Source: Buchnera aphidicola (Neophyllaphis podocarpi) (GTDB lineage Bacteria > Pseudomonadota > Gammaproteobacteria > Enterobacterales > Enterobacteriaceae). From it: 32,000 bases of DNA. The translations under genes were made by a program, and so were the position numbers. A model generated the notes under the pieces. The model worked only from the letters and a program-made list of their open reading frames with translations. It was not told where the DNA came from and ran no database searches. Location: NCBI RefSeq assembly GCF_964059055.1, contig NZ_OZ060386.1, positions 390,001 through 422,000 of the forward strand. Reading direction: 5' to 3'. This document shows positions 19,696-30,140 of the stretch, piece after piece (the stretch's first letter is position 1; each line of letters opens with the position of its first letter).

Positions 19696-21175
19696 AAACA
19701 ATAATGAATTTCAAGTCAGGTTAAATAAATTACAAGATATAAAAAGAAAAGGTATAGCTTTTCCTAATAATTTTAAAACTAGTGATAATATTTATACAAT
19801 AAAAAAAAAATATATATCTGAAAGTAATGAAAAATTAAAAAAAATAAATAAAAAATTTTGTATAGCAGGAAGAATAGTAAATCAAAGGAAAATAGGTCAA
19901 GTGACATTTCTTTCACTGCAAGATATAAATGGAACAATTCAGATATATATAAAAAAACAAGTAATAACCAAAAAAATTTATGATAAAGAAATAAAAAAAT
20001 TAGATTTAGGAGATATAATTGGAGTTAAAGGTAAATTATTTAAAACTATAACTAAAGAACTTACTATCTATTGCGAAAAATTTCAACTTTTAACTAAATG
20101 TTTAAGATCTTTACCAGATAAATTTCATGGATTAGCTAATAAAGAAATAAAATATCGAAAAAGATATTTAGATCTTATAACTAATAGAAATATATGTAAT
20201 ATCTTTAAAAAAAGGTTTTTGATTATAAAATCAATTCGTAAATTTATGGATAATAATGATTTTATAGAAGTAGAAACTCCTATGATGCAAAATATTCCAG
20301 GAGGAGCTATAGCTAATCCTTTTATCACATATCATAAATCTTTAAATATAAATTTATATCTAAGAATATCACCAGAATTAAGTTTAAAACAATTAATTAT
20401 AGGAGGATTTAATAAAATATTTGAAATAAATAGAAATTTTAGAAATGAAGGTTTATCTCTTCGTCATAATCCAGAGTTTACAATGATGGAATTATACATA
20501 TCATATATCACATATGTTGAAATGATGCAATTTGCTGAAAATTTATTAAAATATTTAGTAAAAAAAATCTTTAAAAAAAATAAAATAAAATTTAAAGGAT
20601 ATAACATTGATTTTAGTAAAAAATTTCAAATATTAACAATGAAAGAGTCTATTTTAAAATTTTATCCAAAAATAAAAATAAATGACTTAAAAAATAAAAA
20701 TGAAATTATAAAAATTGCTAATTATTTAGATATTAATGTAGAAAGTAACTTTACTAAAGAAAGAATTATATTGGAAATATTTGAAAAAAAAATAGAAAAT
20801 AAATTAATAGAACCTACATTTATCACAGAATATTCATTAGAATCTTCTCCTCTTGCTAGAACAAATGATAACAATCCTAATGTAGCTGATAGATTTGAAT
20901 TATTTATAGGAGGAATGGAAATAGGCAATGGTTTTTCAGAATTAAACGATTCTGAAGATCAAAGCAATAGATTCAAAAAACAATATATTGAAAAATATAA
21001 AAATAAAAATATAGAAAAACAATTCTACGATAAAGAATATATAAAAGCTCTTGAATATGGTCTGCCTCCTACTGCTGGTATGGGTATAGGTATAGATAGA
21101 ATAGTTATGTTATTAACAAATAGCTATAATATAAAAGATGTTATATTATTTCCAATATTAAAACCAATAAAATAA
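19667..21175 (+). CDS. lysS: lysyl-tRNA synthetase (class II)
   Basis: 502 aa. GIAFPNNF, KFHGL, RYLDLI, FIEVETPMMQ, FEINRNFRNEG and GLPPTAGMGIGIDR. Either candidate start (19667 or 19673) lies inside the prfB 3' end. Confidence 0.95.
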   Translation: MKMIEKKINKNNNEFQVRLNKLQDIKRKGIAFPNNFKTSDNIYTIKKKYISESNEKLKKINKKFCIAGRIVNQRKIGQVTFLSLQDINGTIQIYIKKQVITKKIYDKEIKKLDLGDIIGVKGKLFKTITKELTIYCEKFQLLTKCLRSLPDKFHGLANKEIKYRKRYLDLITNRNICNIFKKRFLIIKSIRKFMDNNDFIEVETPMMQNIPGGAIANPFITYHKSLNINLYLRISPELSLKQLIIGGFNKIFEINRNFRNEGLSLRHNPEFTMMELYISYITYVEMMQFAENLLKYLVKKIFKKNKIKFKGYNIDFSKKFQILTMKESILKFYPKIKINDLKNKNEIIKIANYLDINVESNFTKERIILEIFEKKIENKLIEPTFITEYSLESSPLARTNDNNPNVADRFELFIGGMEIGNGFSELNDSEDQSNRFKKQYIEKYKNKNIEKQFYDKEYIKALEYGLPPTAGMGIGIDRIVMLLTNSYNIKDVILFPILKPIK

Positions 21176-21183
21176 AAACAAAA

Positions 21184-22443
21184 ATGAAAGAAATAAATAA
21201 AAAAAAATTTATAAGTAATAATAAAATTATTAGTATAATGAAAAAGATAAAAAAACCTATATGGATATATAATGAAAAAAAAATATGTGAAAAAATTAAA
21301 GAACTAAGCAATTTTGATATAGTTAGATATGCACAAAAAGCATGTTCAAATATACATATATTATCTATAATGAAAGAAAATGGACTTAAAGTAGATGCAG
21401 TTTCTTTAGGTGAAATAGAAAGAGCTTTAGCTGCAGGTTACAGTACGCAAAACGAAGATATAGTTTTTACTTCTGATATTTTTGATATAAATACGCTAAA
21501 AAAAGTTTTAAAATTAAATATTACAGTTAATGTTGGTTCAATAGATATGATTCATCAAATAGGAGAAACATCACCAAATCATAATATTTGGATTAGAATT
21601 AACCCAAGATTTGGTCACGGACATAGCAAAAAAACCAATACTGGAGGAGAAAATAGCAAACATGGTATATGGTATATAAAAGAAGCTAAAGAAGCTATAA
21701 AAAAATATAAATTGAAATTAAAAGGTTTGCATATGCATATAGGTTCAGGAGTAGATTATAAGCACTTGAAAAAACTATGTCAATCAATGGTAGAACAGGT
21801 AAAATATTTAGATCAAGATATAAATTTAATATCAGCAGGAGGAGGATTACCTATTCCATATAAAAAAAATGATAAGTCTATCAACATAAAACACTACTTT
21901 AAATTATGGAATAATGCAAGAAAAGAAATAGAAAAATATTTAGGTCACAAAATAAAATTAGAAATAGAACCTGGGCGTTTTTTAGTAGCTGAGTCAGGTC
22001 TACTTATAACTCAAATTAGAGCAATAAAAAAAATAAAAAATAGAAGATTTATTTTAGTAGATGCAGGATTCAATGATTTAATGAGACCAATTATGTATGG
22101 AAGCTACCATCATATATCAATAATACCGCATAATAGTAGAAAAATAAAAAAAGATGAGTTAATTGAAACAGTAGTAGGAGGACCATTATGTGAATCAGGA
22201 GATATTTTCACACAAACAGAATTAGGAGATATTGAAACTCGTTTACTTCCAATTGCATATCCTGGAGATTATTTAATATTTTATGATACTGGAGCATATG
22301 GAGCTTCTATGTCATCAAATTATAATAGTAGACCATTAATTCCAGAATTTTTATTAAAAAAAAGTAATATATTATTTCAAATAAGAAGACCGCAAACTAT
22401 AAAAGAATTATTAATGCTAGAAAGAATTAAAAAAATATTTTAG
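21184..22443 (+). CDS. lysA: diaminopimelate decarboxylase
   Basis: 419 aa. PLP-lysine block RYAQKACSNIHIL, GHGHSKKTNTGG, EPGRFLVAE and GPLCESGD. TAG stop. Confidence 0.94.
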   Translation: MKEINKKKFISNNKIISIMKKIKKPIWIYNEKKICEKIKELSNFDIVRYAQKACSNIHILSIMKENGLKVDAVSLGEIERALAAGYSTQNEDIVFTSDIFDINTLKKVLKLNITVNVGSIDMIHQIGETSPNHNIWIRINPRFGHGHSKKTNTGGENSKHGIWYIKEAKEAIKKYKLKLKGLHMHIGSGVDYKHLKKLCQSMVEQVKYLDQDINLISAGGGLPIPYKKNDKSINIKHYFKLWNNARKEIEKYLGHKIKLEIEPGRFLVAESGLLITQIRAIKKIKNRRFILVDAGFNDLMRPIMYGSYHHISIIPHNSRKIKKDELIETVVGGPLCESGDIFTQTELGDIETRLLPIAYPGDYLIFYDTGAYGASMSSNYNSRPLIPEFLLKKSNILFQIRRPQTIKELLMLERIKKIF

Positions 22444-22453
22444 TAAAATTATA

Positions 22454-23323
22454 ATGAATTTTTCTTTAAACTTTCAGTTATATAATTATGTTATTTTTTT
22501 AACTAAAAATATACCTATAAATTGGTATGGATTAATGTATATTTTTATATTTTTAATATATATAGTGTATGGAACTAAAAAATCAAACATTCCAAATTTT
22601 TTTTTAACAAAAAAAGAAATAGAAAATTTGTTATTTTATGGTTTTTTAGGTATGCTAGTAGGAGGTAGAATAGGATATATAATATTATATAATATAAAAT
22701 TTTTTATTATTAATCCTATTTATATATTCAAAATATGGATGGGAGGCATGTCATTTCACGGAGGATTAATAGGAATATTAATCTCATTGTTATTTTTTTC
22801 TTATAGAACTAAAAAAAACTTCTTTTATATTTCTGATTTTATTACCCCATTAGCACCATTAGGAATTACTTTAGGAAGATTAGGCAATTTTATAAATGGA
22901 GAGTTATGGGGAAGAATATCAGTTAATAATAGTTTTTCAATATTATTTCCTAATTCAAAATATGTAGATCTAAAAGAAACAATAATCCATCCCCAATATA
23001 AAATATTTATAAATAAATTCGGGGTAATTCCTAGACACCCATCTCAATTATATGAACTTTTATTAGAAGGAATAATTTTATTTTTATTACTAAATAAAAT
23101 GAATAAAAAAAATAAAAATCCGGGATACATATCTTCACTGTTTTTAATATTTTATGGAATACTAAGATTTATATGTGAATATTTTAGAGAACCTGATTAT
23201 CAAATTAAATTTATAATAAATTATTTTACAATAGGTCAAATTTTATCTTTTCCAATGATTATATTAGGTATAGTAACTATTACAAAATGTTACATAAATT
23301 CATTCATTAAAAAATTAAAATAA
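22454..23323 (+). CDS. lgt: prolipoprotein diacylglyceryl transferase
   Basis: 289 aa, polytopic membrane protein. [14 protein letters not shown] is identical to the E. coli Lgt signature as I recall it. HPSQLYE. lgt-thyA operon. Confidence 0.94.
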   Translation: MNFSLNFQLYNYVIFLTKNIPINWYGLMYIFIFLIYIVYGTKKSNIPNFFLTKKEIENLLFYGFLGMLVGGRIGYIILYNIKFFIINPIYIFKIWMGGMSFHGGLIGILISLLFFSYRTKKNFFYISDFITPLAPLGITLGRLGNFINGELWGRISVNNSFSILFPNSKYVDLKETIIHPQYKIFINKFGVIPRHPSQLYELLLEGIILFLLLNKMNKKNKNPGYISSLFLIFYGILRFICEYFREPDYQIKFIINYFTIGQILSFPMIILGIVTITKCYINSFIKKLK

Positions 23324-23324
23324 A

Positions 23325-24119
23325 ATGAAACAATATATAAAACTATTAAAAAAAATCATTAAACATGGAAAAAATAAAGACGATAGAACAGGTATAGGTA
23401 CAAAATCAATTTTTGGCTATCAAATGAAATTCAATTTAAAAGAAGGTTTACCTATACTTACAACAAAAAAATGTCATATACCTTCTATTATTCATGAATT
23501 ACTTTGGTTTTTAAGTGGAGATACAAATATAAAATATCTTCAAAAAAATAAAATCTCAATTTGGAATGAGTGGGCAGATAAAAATGGTAATTTAGGTCCT
23601 ATATATGGTAAACAATGGAGAAAATGGACAAATAATGAAGGAAAAAACATAGATCAAATAGCTAATATAATAAAAGAAATAAAACATAACCCAAATTCGA
23701 GAAGAATAATAGTATCTTCATGGAATGTAGGAGAAATTGATAAAATGCTTTTACCTCCTTGCCATATAATATTTCAATTTTATGTTATAAACAGGAAATT
23801 AAGTTGTCAAGTATATCAAAGATCTTGTGATGTATTCTTGGGATTACCGTTCAATATAACTAGCTATTCAATATTACTATCTATGATAGCTCAACAATGT
23901 AATTTAAATATAGGAAAATTTATATGGACAGGAGGTGATGTACATTTATATAAAAACCATATAAATTTAGCAAAAATTCAAATTTCTAGAACTCCATCTA
24001 AATTACCTGAATTAATTATTAATAAAAAACCTTCTTCGATATTTAAATATAATTTTAATAACTTCGAAATAAAAGGATACAAACCACAATCTACAATTAA
24101 AGCAAAAGTAGCTATTTGA
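23325..24119 (+). CDS. thyA: thymidylate synthase
   Basis: 264 aa. [16 protein letters not shown], catalytic Cys in [22 protein letters not shown] stop. Confidence 0.96.
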   Translation: MKQYIKLLKKIIKHGKNKDDRTGIGTKSIFGYQMKFNLKEGLPILTTKKCHIPSIIHELLWFLSGDTNIKYLQKNKISIWNEWADKNGNLGPIYGKQWRKWTNNEGKNIDQIANIIKEIKHNPNSRRIIVSSWNVGEIDKMLLPPCHIIFQFYVINRKLSCQVYQRSCDVFLGLPFNITSYSILLSMIAQQCNLNIGKFIWTGGDVHLYKNHINLAKIQISRTPSKLPELIINKKPSSIFKYNFNNFEIKGYKPQSTIKAKVAI

Positions 24120-24156
24120 AAAAATTTAAAATAAAAATATATAAATAAAATAAAAT

Positions 24157-25479
24157 ATGAACAAAAAAATACATATAAAAACCTGGGGATGTCAAATGAA
24201 CGAGTACGATTCATTAATTATCACCAGGACACTACAAAAAGATAAATATACTATAACAAAAGTAGCAGAAGAAGCAGATGTTTTAATTTTAAATACTTGC
24301 TCTATACGTGAAAAAGCACAAGAAAAATTATTTCACCAATTAGGTAGATGGAAAAAAATAAAAGAAAAAAAACCTAAATTAATAATTGCTGTAGGAGGTT
24401 GTGTAGCTGCACAAGAAGGTAAAAAAATTAAATTAAGAGCAAAATATATAGACATAATTTTTGGTCCTAGAACATTAAATTTATTACCTAATATGATTAA
24501 ACAAATAAGTCAAAAAAATAATTTTGTAATAAATATAGATTCACCTAAAATAATTAAAAAATTTAATATCAATTTAAAAAAAATAAATAAAGGAATAAAA
24601 ACATCAATTTCTATAATGGAGGGATGTAATAAATATTGTAGTTTTTGTATTGTACCACATACAAGAGGAACAGAAATTAGTAGACCTCATAATAGTATTA
24701 TATCTGAAATATCAGAATTATCACATAATGGAACAAAAGAAATAACTTTATTAGGCCAAAATGTAAACGCTTATAGAGGAAAAAACGAACACGGAGAAAA
24801 ATGTAATTTTGCTGATTTAATAAGACGTATATCTTTAATAAAAGAAATTAAACGTATAAGATTTATTACTAGTCATCCTGTAGAATTTAATGAGGAAATT
24901 ATAAATTTATATAAAGAAATACCTAAGTTAGCTAGCTTCTTACATCTTCCTGTACAAAGCGGATCAGATAAAATACTTAAACTTATGAAAAGAAGACATA
25001 CTATTAAAGAATATAAAAATATAATAAAAAAAATATTGAAATTTAGACCTAACATGCAATTTAGTTCTGATTTTATAATAGGATTTCCAGGAGAAACAGA
25101 ATCAGATTTTAATAAAACATTAAAGTTAGTTAAAGAAATAAAATTTGATTTTAGTTTTAGTTTTATATATTCTCCTAGACCAGGAACTCTAGCATGTAAT
25201 TTTGTAAATAATACAACATTAAACGAAAAGAAAAATAGACTTAATATATTACAGAAACAAATACTTAATCAAGGTAGAATATGGACTAAAAGTATGCTAA
25301 ATACAAAACAAGAAGTTTTGGTTGAAGGATACACAAAACAAAAAAATAATGAGTTTTTTGGAACAACAGAAAATAATAGAACTATATATTTTAATAGCGA
25401 TTATAATATAATAGGAAAATTAGTTATAGTAAAAATAAAAAATATTTACAAAAATAAAATTTTAGGAAAAATTATATAA
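24157..25479 (+). CDS. miaB: tRNA-i6A37 methylthiotransferase MiaB
   Basis: 440 aa. N-terminal IKTWGCQMNEYDS, radical-SAM GCNKYCSFCIVP, C-terminal TRAM-like region. Confidence 0.94.
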   Translation: MNKKIHIKTWGCQMNEYDSLIITRTLQKDKYTITKVAEEADVLILNTCSIREKAQEKLFHQLGRWKKIKEKKPKLIIAVGGCVAAQEGKKIKLRAKYIDIIFGPRTLNLLPNMIKQISQKNNFVINIDSPKIIKKFNINLKKINKGIKTSISIMEGCNKYCSFCIVPHTRGTEISRPHNSIISEISELSHNGTKEITLLGQNVNAYRGKNEHGEKCNFADLIRRISLIKEIKRIRFITSHPVEFNEEIINLYKEIPKLASFLHLPVQSGSDKILKLMKRRHTIKEYKNIIKKILKFRPNMQFSSDFIIGFPGETESDFNKTLKLVKEIKFDFSFSFIYSPRPGTLACNFVNNTTLNEKKNRLNILQKQILNQGRIWTKSMLNTKQEVLVEGYTKQKNNEFFGTTENNRTIYFNSDYNIIGKLVIVKIKNIYKNKILGKII

Positions 25480-25531
25480 TCAAAAATAATTTTATGATAC
25501 ATATACTAAATACAAAAACAATGAAATTATA

Positions 25532-25986
25532 ATGAAAAAAATTATTGTAAATGTACAAATAGCCTGTAAAAAAAAAATATACCAGAGAAAACAAAATTAA
25601 TATACTGGATTAAATATATATTTAAAAAATTCAAAAAAAAAATAAATATAACAATAAGAGTTGTTAGTATAAAAGAAATAAAAAATTTAAATCAAAAATA
25701 TAGAGGAAAAAATACACCTACAAATATATTATCTTTTCCTTTCATAAATCATCCTTATAAAAAATCATTGTTAATAGGTAATTTAATTATCTGTAATAAA
25801 ATTATGCAAATTGAAGCAAAAAAGCAAAGAAAAGAAATAAATGAACATTGGGCACATATTATAATACATGGAGGATTACACTTAATGGGATATAATCATA
25901 TAAAAAACAAAGAAGCAAATACTATGGAAAATTTAGAAATTAAAATTTTAAAAAAAATGGGTTATAAGAATCCATATATTAAATAA
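25532..25986 (+). CDS. ybeY: endoribonuclease YbeY, reading frame interrupted at an A10 tract
   Basis: ATG at 25532 gives MKKIIVNVQIACKKK (E. coli ...LDLQLACED...), then a stop after 7 more codons. The frame one base back is open from 25570 and reads IPEKTKLIYW...INITIRVVSIKEIKNLNQKYRGKNTPTNILSFPF...HWAHIIIHGGLHLMGYNH (zinc motif H-x3-H-x5-H). The ORF track shows only its last 72 codons. Length plus 1 nt gives 152 codons. Confidence 0.88.
25568..25577 (+). repeat. A10 homopolymer at the ybeY frameshift point
   Basis: Counted directly: gcc tgt AAAAAAAAAA tat acc. With 11 A the frame reads ACKKKNIPEKTKL. Confidence 0.95.
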
Positions 25987-26025
25987 TACATTACTAAATT
26001 AATTAAAAGAGAAACAAAAAAATAT

Positions 26026-26913
26026 ATGAACGATGATAGTTGTTCAAAAAAAACAGATAAATCCAATAGAAAAGGTTTTTTTTCTTTATTGTTACATCAA
26101 ATATTCAATGAAGAACCAAAAAACTGCGAAGACTTATTAAAATTAATTCGTAATTCAGAACAAAAAGAATTAATAGATCATGACACAAGAGATATGATAG
26201 AAGGAGTATTACATATAACTAAAAAAAGAGTAAGAGAAATAATGATTCCAAGAACACAAATGGTTACATTAAAGTTAAATTTCAGTTTAAGTAAATGTTT
26301 AAATATAATCATAAAATCTGCTCATTCAAGATTTCCTGTAATAAGTGAAGATAAAGATCGTATAGAAGGTTTTTTAATTGCTAAAGATTTACTACAATTT
26401 ATGCATAATGAAAAAAATTTTTTAATTAATAAAATATTAAGACCAGCAATTATAGTACCTGAAAGTAAATATGTTAATCAAATGTTGAAAGATTTTAAAT
26501 CTAAAAGATATCATATGGCAATAGTTATAGATGAATTTGGAGCTTTATCAGGATTAGTAACGATAGAAGATATTTTAGAGTTAATTGTAGGAGAAATAGA
26601 AGATGAATATGATAAAAAAAATCAGGAAGATAAAAATATAAATCAGCTTAGTAAAAATACTTACAAGATAAAATCTTTAACTTTAATAAAAGATTTTAAC
26701 GAGATATTTAATACTAATTTTAGTTATGAAGAAGTAGATACAATTGGGGGTTTAGTAATGCAAAAATTTGGAAGATTACCAAAAAAAGGAGAAAATATTA
26801 AAATTAATAAATATAATTTTAAAATTTCAATAGTAAATAGTCATCGTATAATACAAGTTGTTGTTATGATTCCTAAAGACATGCCTATTCCCAAAAAATT
26901 ACTAGATATTTGA
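26026..26913 (+). CDS. corC: CBS-domain magnesium/cobalt efflux protein CorC (YbeX)
   Basis: 295 aa. MIPRTQM, a CBS pair, [23 protein letters not shown] and a CorC/HlyC C-terminal domain. Follows ybeY as in E. coli. TGA stop. Confidence 0.92.
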   Translation: MNDDSCSKKTDKSNRKGFFSLLLHQIFNEEPKNCEDLLKLIRNSEQKELIDHDTRDMIEGVLHITKKRVREIMIPRTQMVTLKLNFSLSKCLNIIIKSAHSRFPVISEDKDRIEGFLIAKDLLQFMHNEKNFLINKILRPAIIVPESKYVNQMLKDFKSKRYHMAIVIDEFGALSGLVTIEDILELIVGEIEDEYDKKNQEDKNINQLSKNTYKIKSLTLIKDFNEIFNTNFSYEEVDTIGGLVMQKFGRLPKKGENIKINKYNFKISIVNSHRIIQVVVMIPKDMPIPKKLLDI

Positions 26914-26954
26914 TACTCATAATAATTTTAATAAAAAAATAAAAATGTTAATAA

Positions 26955-27004
26955 AAAGATAATAGTTATGTATTATAATTAAATAATATATAACTATTAT
27001 CTTT
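26955..27004 (+). other. 22-bp hairpin (21 Watson-Crick pairs plus 1 G:U, 6-nt loop) between corC and leuS
   Basis: AAAGATAATAGTTATGTATTAT (26955-26976), loop AATTAA (26977-26982), ATAATATATAACTATTATCTTT (26983-27004). Verified base by base. It ends 14 nt before the leuS ATG, and no T-run follows. Confidence 0.75.
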
Positions 27005-27018
27005 AAAAATAAAAAAAA

Positions 27019-29580
27019 ATGAAAAAAGAATATAATTTTAAATCTATAGAAAGCAATATCCAAAAATACTGGGAAGAAAATAAAATTTTTAAAGTCAAAG
27101 AAGAAAAAAATAGAAAAAAATTCTATTGTTTATCTATGTTACCTTATCCTTCTGGAAATTTACATATAGGTCATGTTAGAAATTACACAATAGGAGATGT
27201 AATATCAAGATTTTATCGAATGTTAGGGAAAAATGTTTTAAATCCTATAGGATGGGATGCTTTTGGATTACCAGCAGAAGAAGCAGCTATTAAAAATAAT
27301 ACATCAGCAAAAATATGGACTAAAAAAAATATTTCATATATGAAGAAACAATTAAAAAAATTAGGATTTTCATTTGATTGGAGTAGAGAAATAAATACAT
27401 CTAAAAAAGAATATTTTATATGGGAGCAATGGTTTTTTATACAATTATATAAAAAAAAATTAGTTTATAAAAAAAAATCATTAGTAAATTGGTGTCCTAC
27501 AGATAAAACTGTATTAGCAAATGAGCAAGTAATTAATAAAAGATGCTGGCGTTGTAATTCAGAAATAAAATTAAAAAATATGTATCAATGGTTTATAAAA
27601 ATTACAAAATATGCTGAAGAATTATCAGATGATTTAAATAGTCTAAATGATTGGCCTAAGAAAGTTAAAAAAATGCAAAAAAACTGGATTGGAAAATCAA
27701 AAGGAATGGAAATAATATTCAATGTATATAATAAAAGTAGTAAAATATCAGTTTACACTACTAGAATAGAAACATTAATGGGAACAACATGTATATTATT
27801 ATCTTATAAACATGATTTTGTAAAGAAATATTTAAATAAAAACTTAAATATTACCAATTTTATAAAATCTCATGATTTAGATAAAGATAAATATCTTTAT
27901 AAAAAAAATGAAAAAATAGGAATAAATACTAATGAAATAGCTATAAATCCTATAAATCAAGAAAAAATACAAATATGGATTGTGAATTTTATTTACTCAG
28001 ATTATGGAACAGGAGCAGCAATATGTGTTCCAGCTCACAATAAAAATGATCTTGAATTTGCATTAAAATATAATATACCTATAAAAAAAGTTTTATTAAA
28101 AAATGATAATAAAAATAAATTAAAAAAAACAGATGAAAGCATACTATGTAATTCAGGTGAATTCAATGGTTTAAGTATTACAAAAGCGAATAAAATAATT
28201 TCAGAAAAAATAATCAAAATGAATAAAGGAAAAAAAAGAATTTTTTTTAAACTTAAAGATTGGTGTATATCAAGACAAAGATATTGGGGAACACCTATTC
28301 CTATGGGTGTAATAGATAATAAAAAAATTACATATGTTCCTGAGAATAAATTACCAATAACTCTAAATACAAAATCTTATAATAAAAAAAAATTATGTAA
28401 TAATAATATTATAATTAATGATAAAAAAAATATAATTTTAGAAAAAGATACATTTGATACATTTATAGCATCATCATGGTATTATGCTAGATATACATGC
28501 CCTAAATTCACAAAAGGTATGCTTAATCCTAAAAAAACAAGTTACTGGTTACCAGTTGATTTATATATAGGAGGAATTGAACACGCAATAATGCATTTAC
28601 TATATTTTAGATTTTACCATAAATTAATGCGTGATTTTAAACTAGTAAAAGGAAATGAGCCTGTAAAAAAATTATTATGTCAAGGTATGGTATTATCTGA
28701 TGCATTCTATTATACAACAAAAAAAGGAGAACAAAAATGGATTAAAAAAAATGATGCCTTAATAACATACAACAAATCAGGAAAAATAAAAAATGCATAT
28801 TTAAAAAACACAAAACAAAAATTGATACATGTAGGAATGACTAAAATGTCTAAATCTAAAAACAATGGGGTAAATCCAAATGAAATAATAAAAAAATATG
28901 GCTCAGATACTTTACGTTTATTTGTAATTTTTGCAGCTCCAATAGAAAATAATTTAGAATGGAATGAAGCAGGAATAAGAGGTATGAGTAGATTTTTAAA
29001 AAAAATATGGAGAATAACATATAATTATATAAATCAAAAAATAGAAAAAAAAATTGAATGTAATAACAAAAAAAACGAAATAAAAGAAATAAATAAAATA
29101 CAACAAAAATTACATGAAACTATTAAAAAAGTATCAGAAGATATAAAAAATAAAAATTCATTAAACACTGCTATATCTGCAATAATGAAATTTACTAACA
29201 AAATTAGTGAAATCAATTTAATTACAAATAAAAATAATTCATTAATTAAAGAATCAATAATATCAATTATAAAAATGTTATATCCTTTTGCTCCTCATTT
29301 TAGCTGTGCTCTATGGAAAGAAATACAAGGAAATTATAATATAGAAGATCATAAATGGCCTGTATTAAATAAAAAATTACTTGTTTGTAATAAATACTTA
29401 ATTATCATACAAATAAATGGTAAAACTAGAAGAAAAATTAAAATAAATAAAAATTTTACTAAAGAAGACATTTTTAATAAAATTAAAAAAGATAAATTAG
29501 TAGATAAATATATTGAAAATAAGAAAATAAAAAAAATTATATTTATTCCTAAAAAAATTATAAATATTGTTATATATTAA
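27019..29580 (+). CDS. leuS: leucyl-tRNA synthetase
   Basis: 853 aa. HIGH region PYPSGNLHIGHVRNY, CP1 editing-domain block YGTGAAICVPAHNKNDLEFA, KMSKS as GMTKMSKSKNN. Confidence 0.96.
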   Translation: MKKEYNFKSIESNIQKYWEENKIFKVKEEKNRKKFYCLSMLPYPSGNLHIGHVRNYTIGDVISRFYRMLGKNVLNPIGWDAFGLPAEEAAIKNNTSAKIWTKKNISYMKKQLKKLGFSFDWSREINTSKKEYFIWEQWFFIQLYKKKLVYKKKSLVNWCPTDKTVLANEQVINKRCWRCNSEIKLKNMYQWFIKITKYAEELSDDLNSLNDWPKKVKKMQKNWIGKSKGMEIIFNVYNKSSKISVYTTRIETLMGTTCILLSYKHDFVKKYLNKNLNITNFIKSHDLDKDKYLYKKNEKIGINTNEIAINPINQEKIQIWIVNFIYSDYGTGAAICVPAHNKNDLEFALKYNIPIKKVLLKNDNKNKLKKTDESILCNSGEFNGLSITKANKIISEKIIKMNKGKKRIFFKLKDWCISRQRYWGTPIPMGVIDNKKITYVPENKLPITLNTKSYNKKKLCNNNIIINDKKNIILEKDTFDTFIASSWYYARYTCPKFTKGMLNPKKTSYWLPVDLYIGGIEHAIMHLLYFRFYHKLMRDFKLVKGNEPVKKLLCQGMVLSDAFYYTTKKGEQKWIKKNDALITYNKSGKIKNAYLKNTKQKLIHVGMTKMSKSKNNGVNPNEIIKKYGSDTLRLFVIFAAPIENNLEWNEAGIRGMSRFLKKIWRITYNYINQKIEKKIECNNKKNEIKEINKIQQKLHETIKKVSEDIKNKNSLNTAISAIMKFTNKISEINLITNKNNSLIKESIISIIKMLYPFAPHFSCALWKEIQGNYNIEDHKWPVLNKKLLVCNKYLIIIQINGKTRRKIKINKNFTKEDIFNKIKKDKLVDKYIENKKIKKIIFIPKKIINIVIY

Positions 29581-30127
29581 TAATATGTTCAAAGACAAAA
29601 AATATAAGATAATAGTATTAATTTTATTAATTAATATGTTTATGATATCTGGATGTGTATTAGAAGAAAATGCATTAATTAAAATAGATCCTATAATTAA
29701 TATATTATTAGATGATAGCAGAATAAATGATAACTCTATTAAGGAAATAATAAGAGAAAAATTTAGTTATTATAATGTAAGTATATTAAATAAAACAAAA
29801 GAAAATAAAAACACGCCAGAATTAATTATTTTAGATATAAAAGAAAAAAAGAAATCCGATAACTTAAGCAATAAAAATAATTTATATGAATATTATATTC
29901 ATATTAAAATAAATTATATTATCAATATAAATAATCAGTCATGTAAAAATAGTATTAAAATTGTAAAATCGTTTATAAGTTGTAGTAAATTTATATATGA
30001 AAAAGAAGAAATTTATGAAAATTTAAAGAAAACAATAAAAAAAGATGCTATAGAAAAATTAATACAAAAAATTTTAATTGAATATTTAATAAATAAAAAT
30101 AATATTCAAAAATGTTATATAAATTAA
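29567..30127 (+). CDS. lptE: LPS-assembly lipoprotein LptE (RlpB)
   Basis: 186 aa. Hydrophobic leader ending in the lipobox-like FMISGC. Size and position between leuS and holA match lptE. Primary-sequence similarity is weak by eye. The start may instead be the Met at 29586, which would remove the 14-nt overlap with leuS. Confidence 0.7.
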   Translation: MLYINNMFKDKKYKIIVLILLINMFMISGCVLEENALIKIDPIINILLDDSRINDNSIKEIIREKFSYYNVSILNKTKENKNTPELIILDIKEKKKSDNLSNKNNLYEYYIHIKINYIININNQSCKNSIKIVKSFISCSKFIYEKEEIYENLKKTIKKDAIEKLIQKILIEYLINKNNIQKCYIN

Positions 30128-30140
30128 GGCTTAAAATAAA

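Noticed and set aside
20125-20928. Two minus-strand ORFs (20125-20328, 20722-20928) inside lysS.
   Set aside because: Antisense shadow ORFs.
23978-24214. 78-aa minus-strand ORF spanning the thyA 3' end and the miaB 5' end.
   Set aside because: It is antisense to two conserved genes and low-complexity. The 37-nt thyA-miaB spacer leaves no independent locus.
24873-25055. 60-aa minus-strand ORF inside miaB.
   Set aside because: Antisense shadow ORF.
27960-28080. A possible loss of LeuRS editing function (GHDQRD in E. coli against AHNKND here).
   Set aside because: The second Asp of the block, which I believe is the critical editing residue, is retained, and I cannot number the residues reliably from memory. 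The evidence is insufficient.
28035-29216. Two minus-strand 60-aa ORFs (28035-28217, 29034-29216) inside leuS.
   Set aside because: Antisense shadow ORFs.
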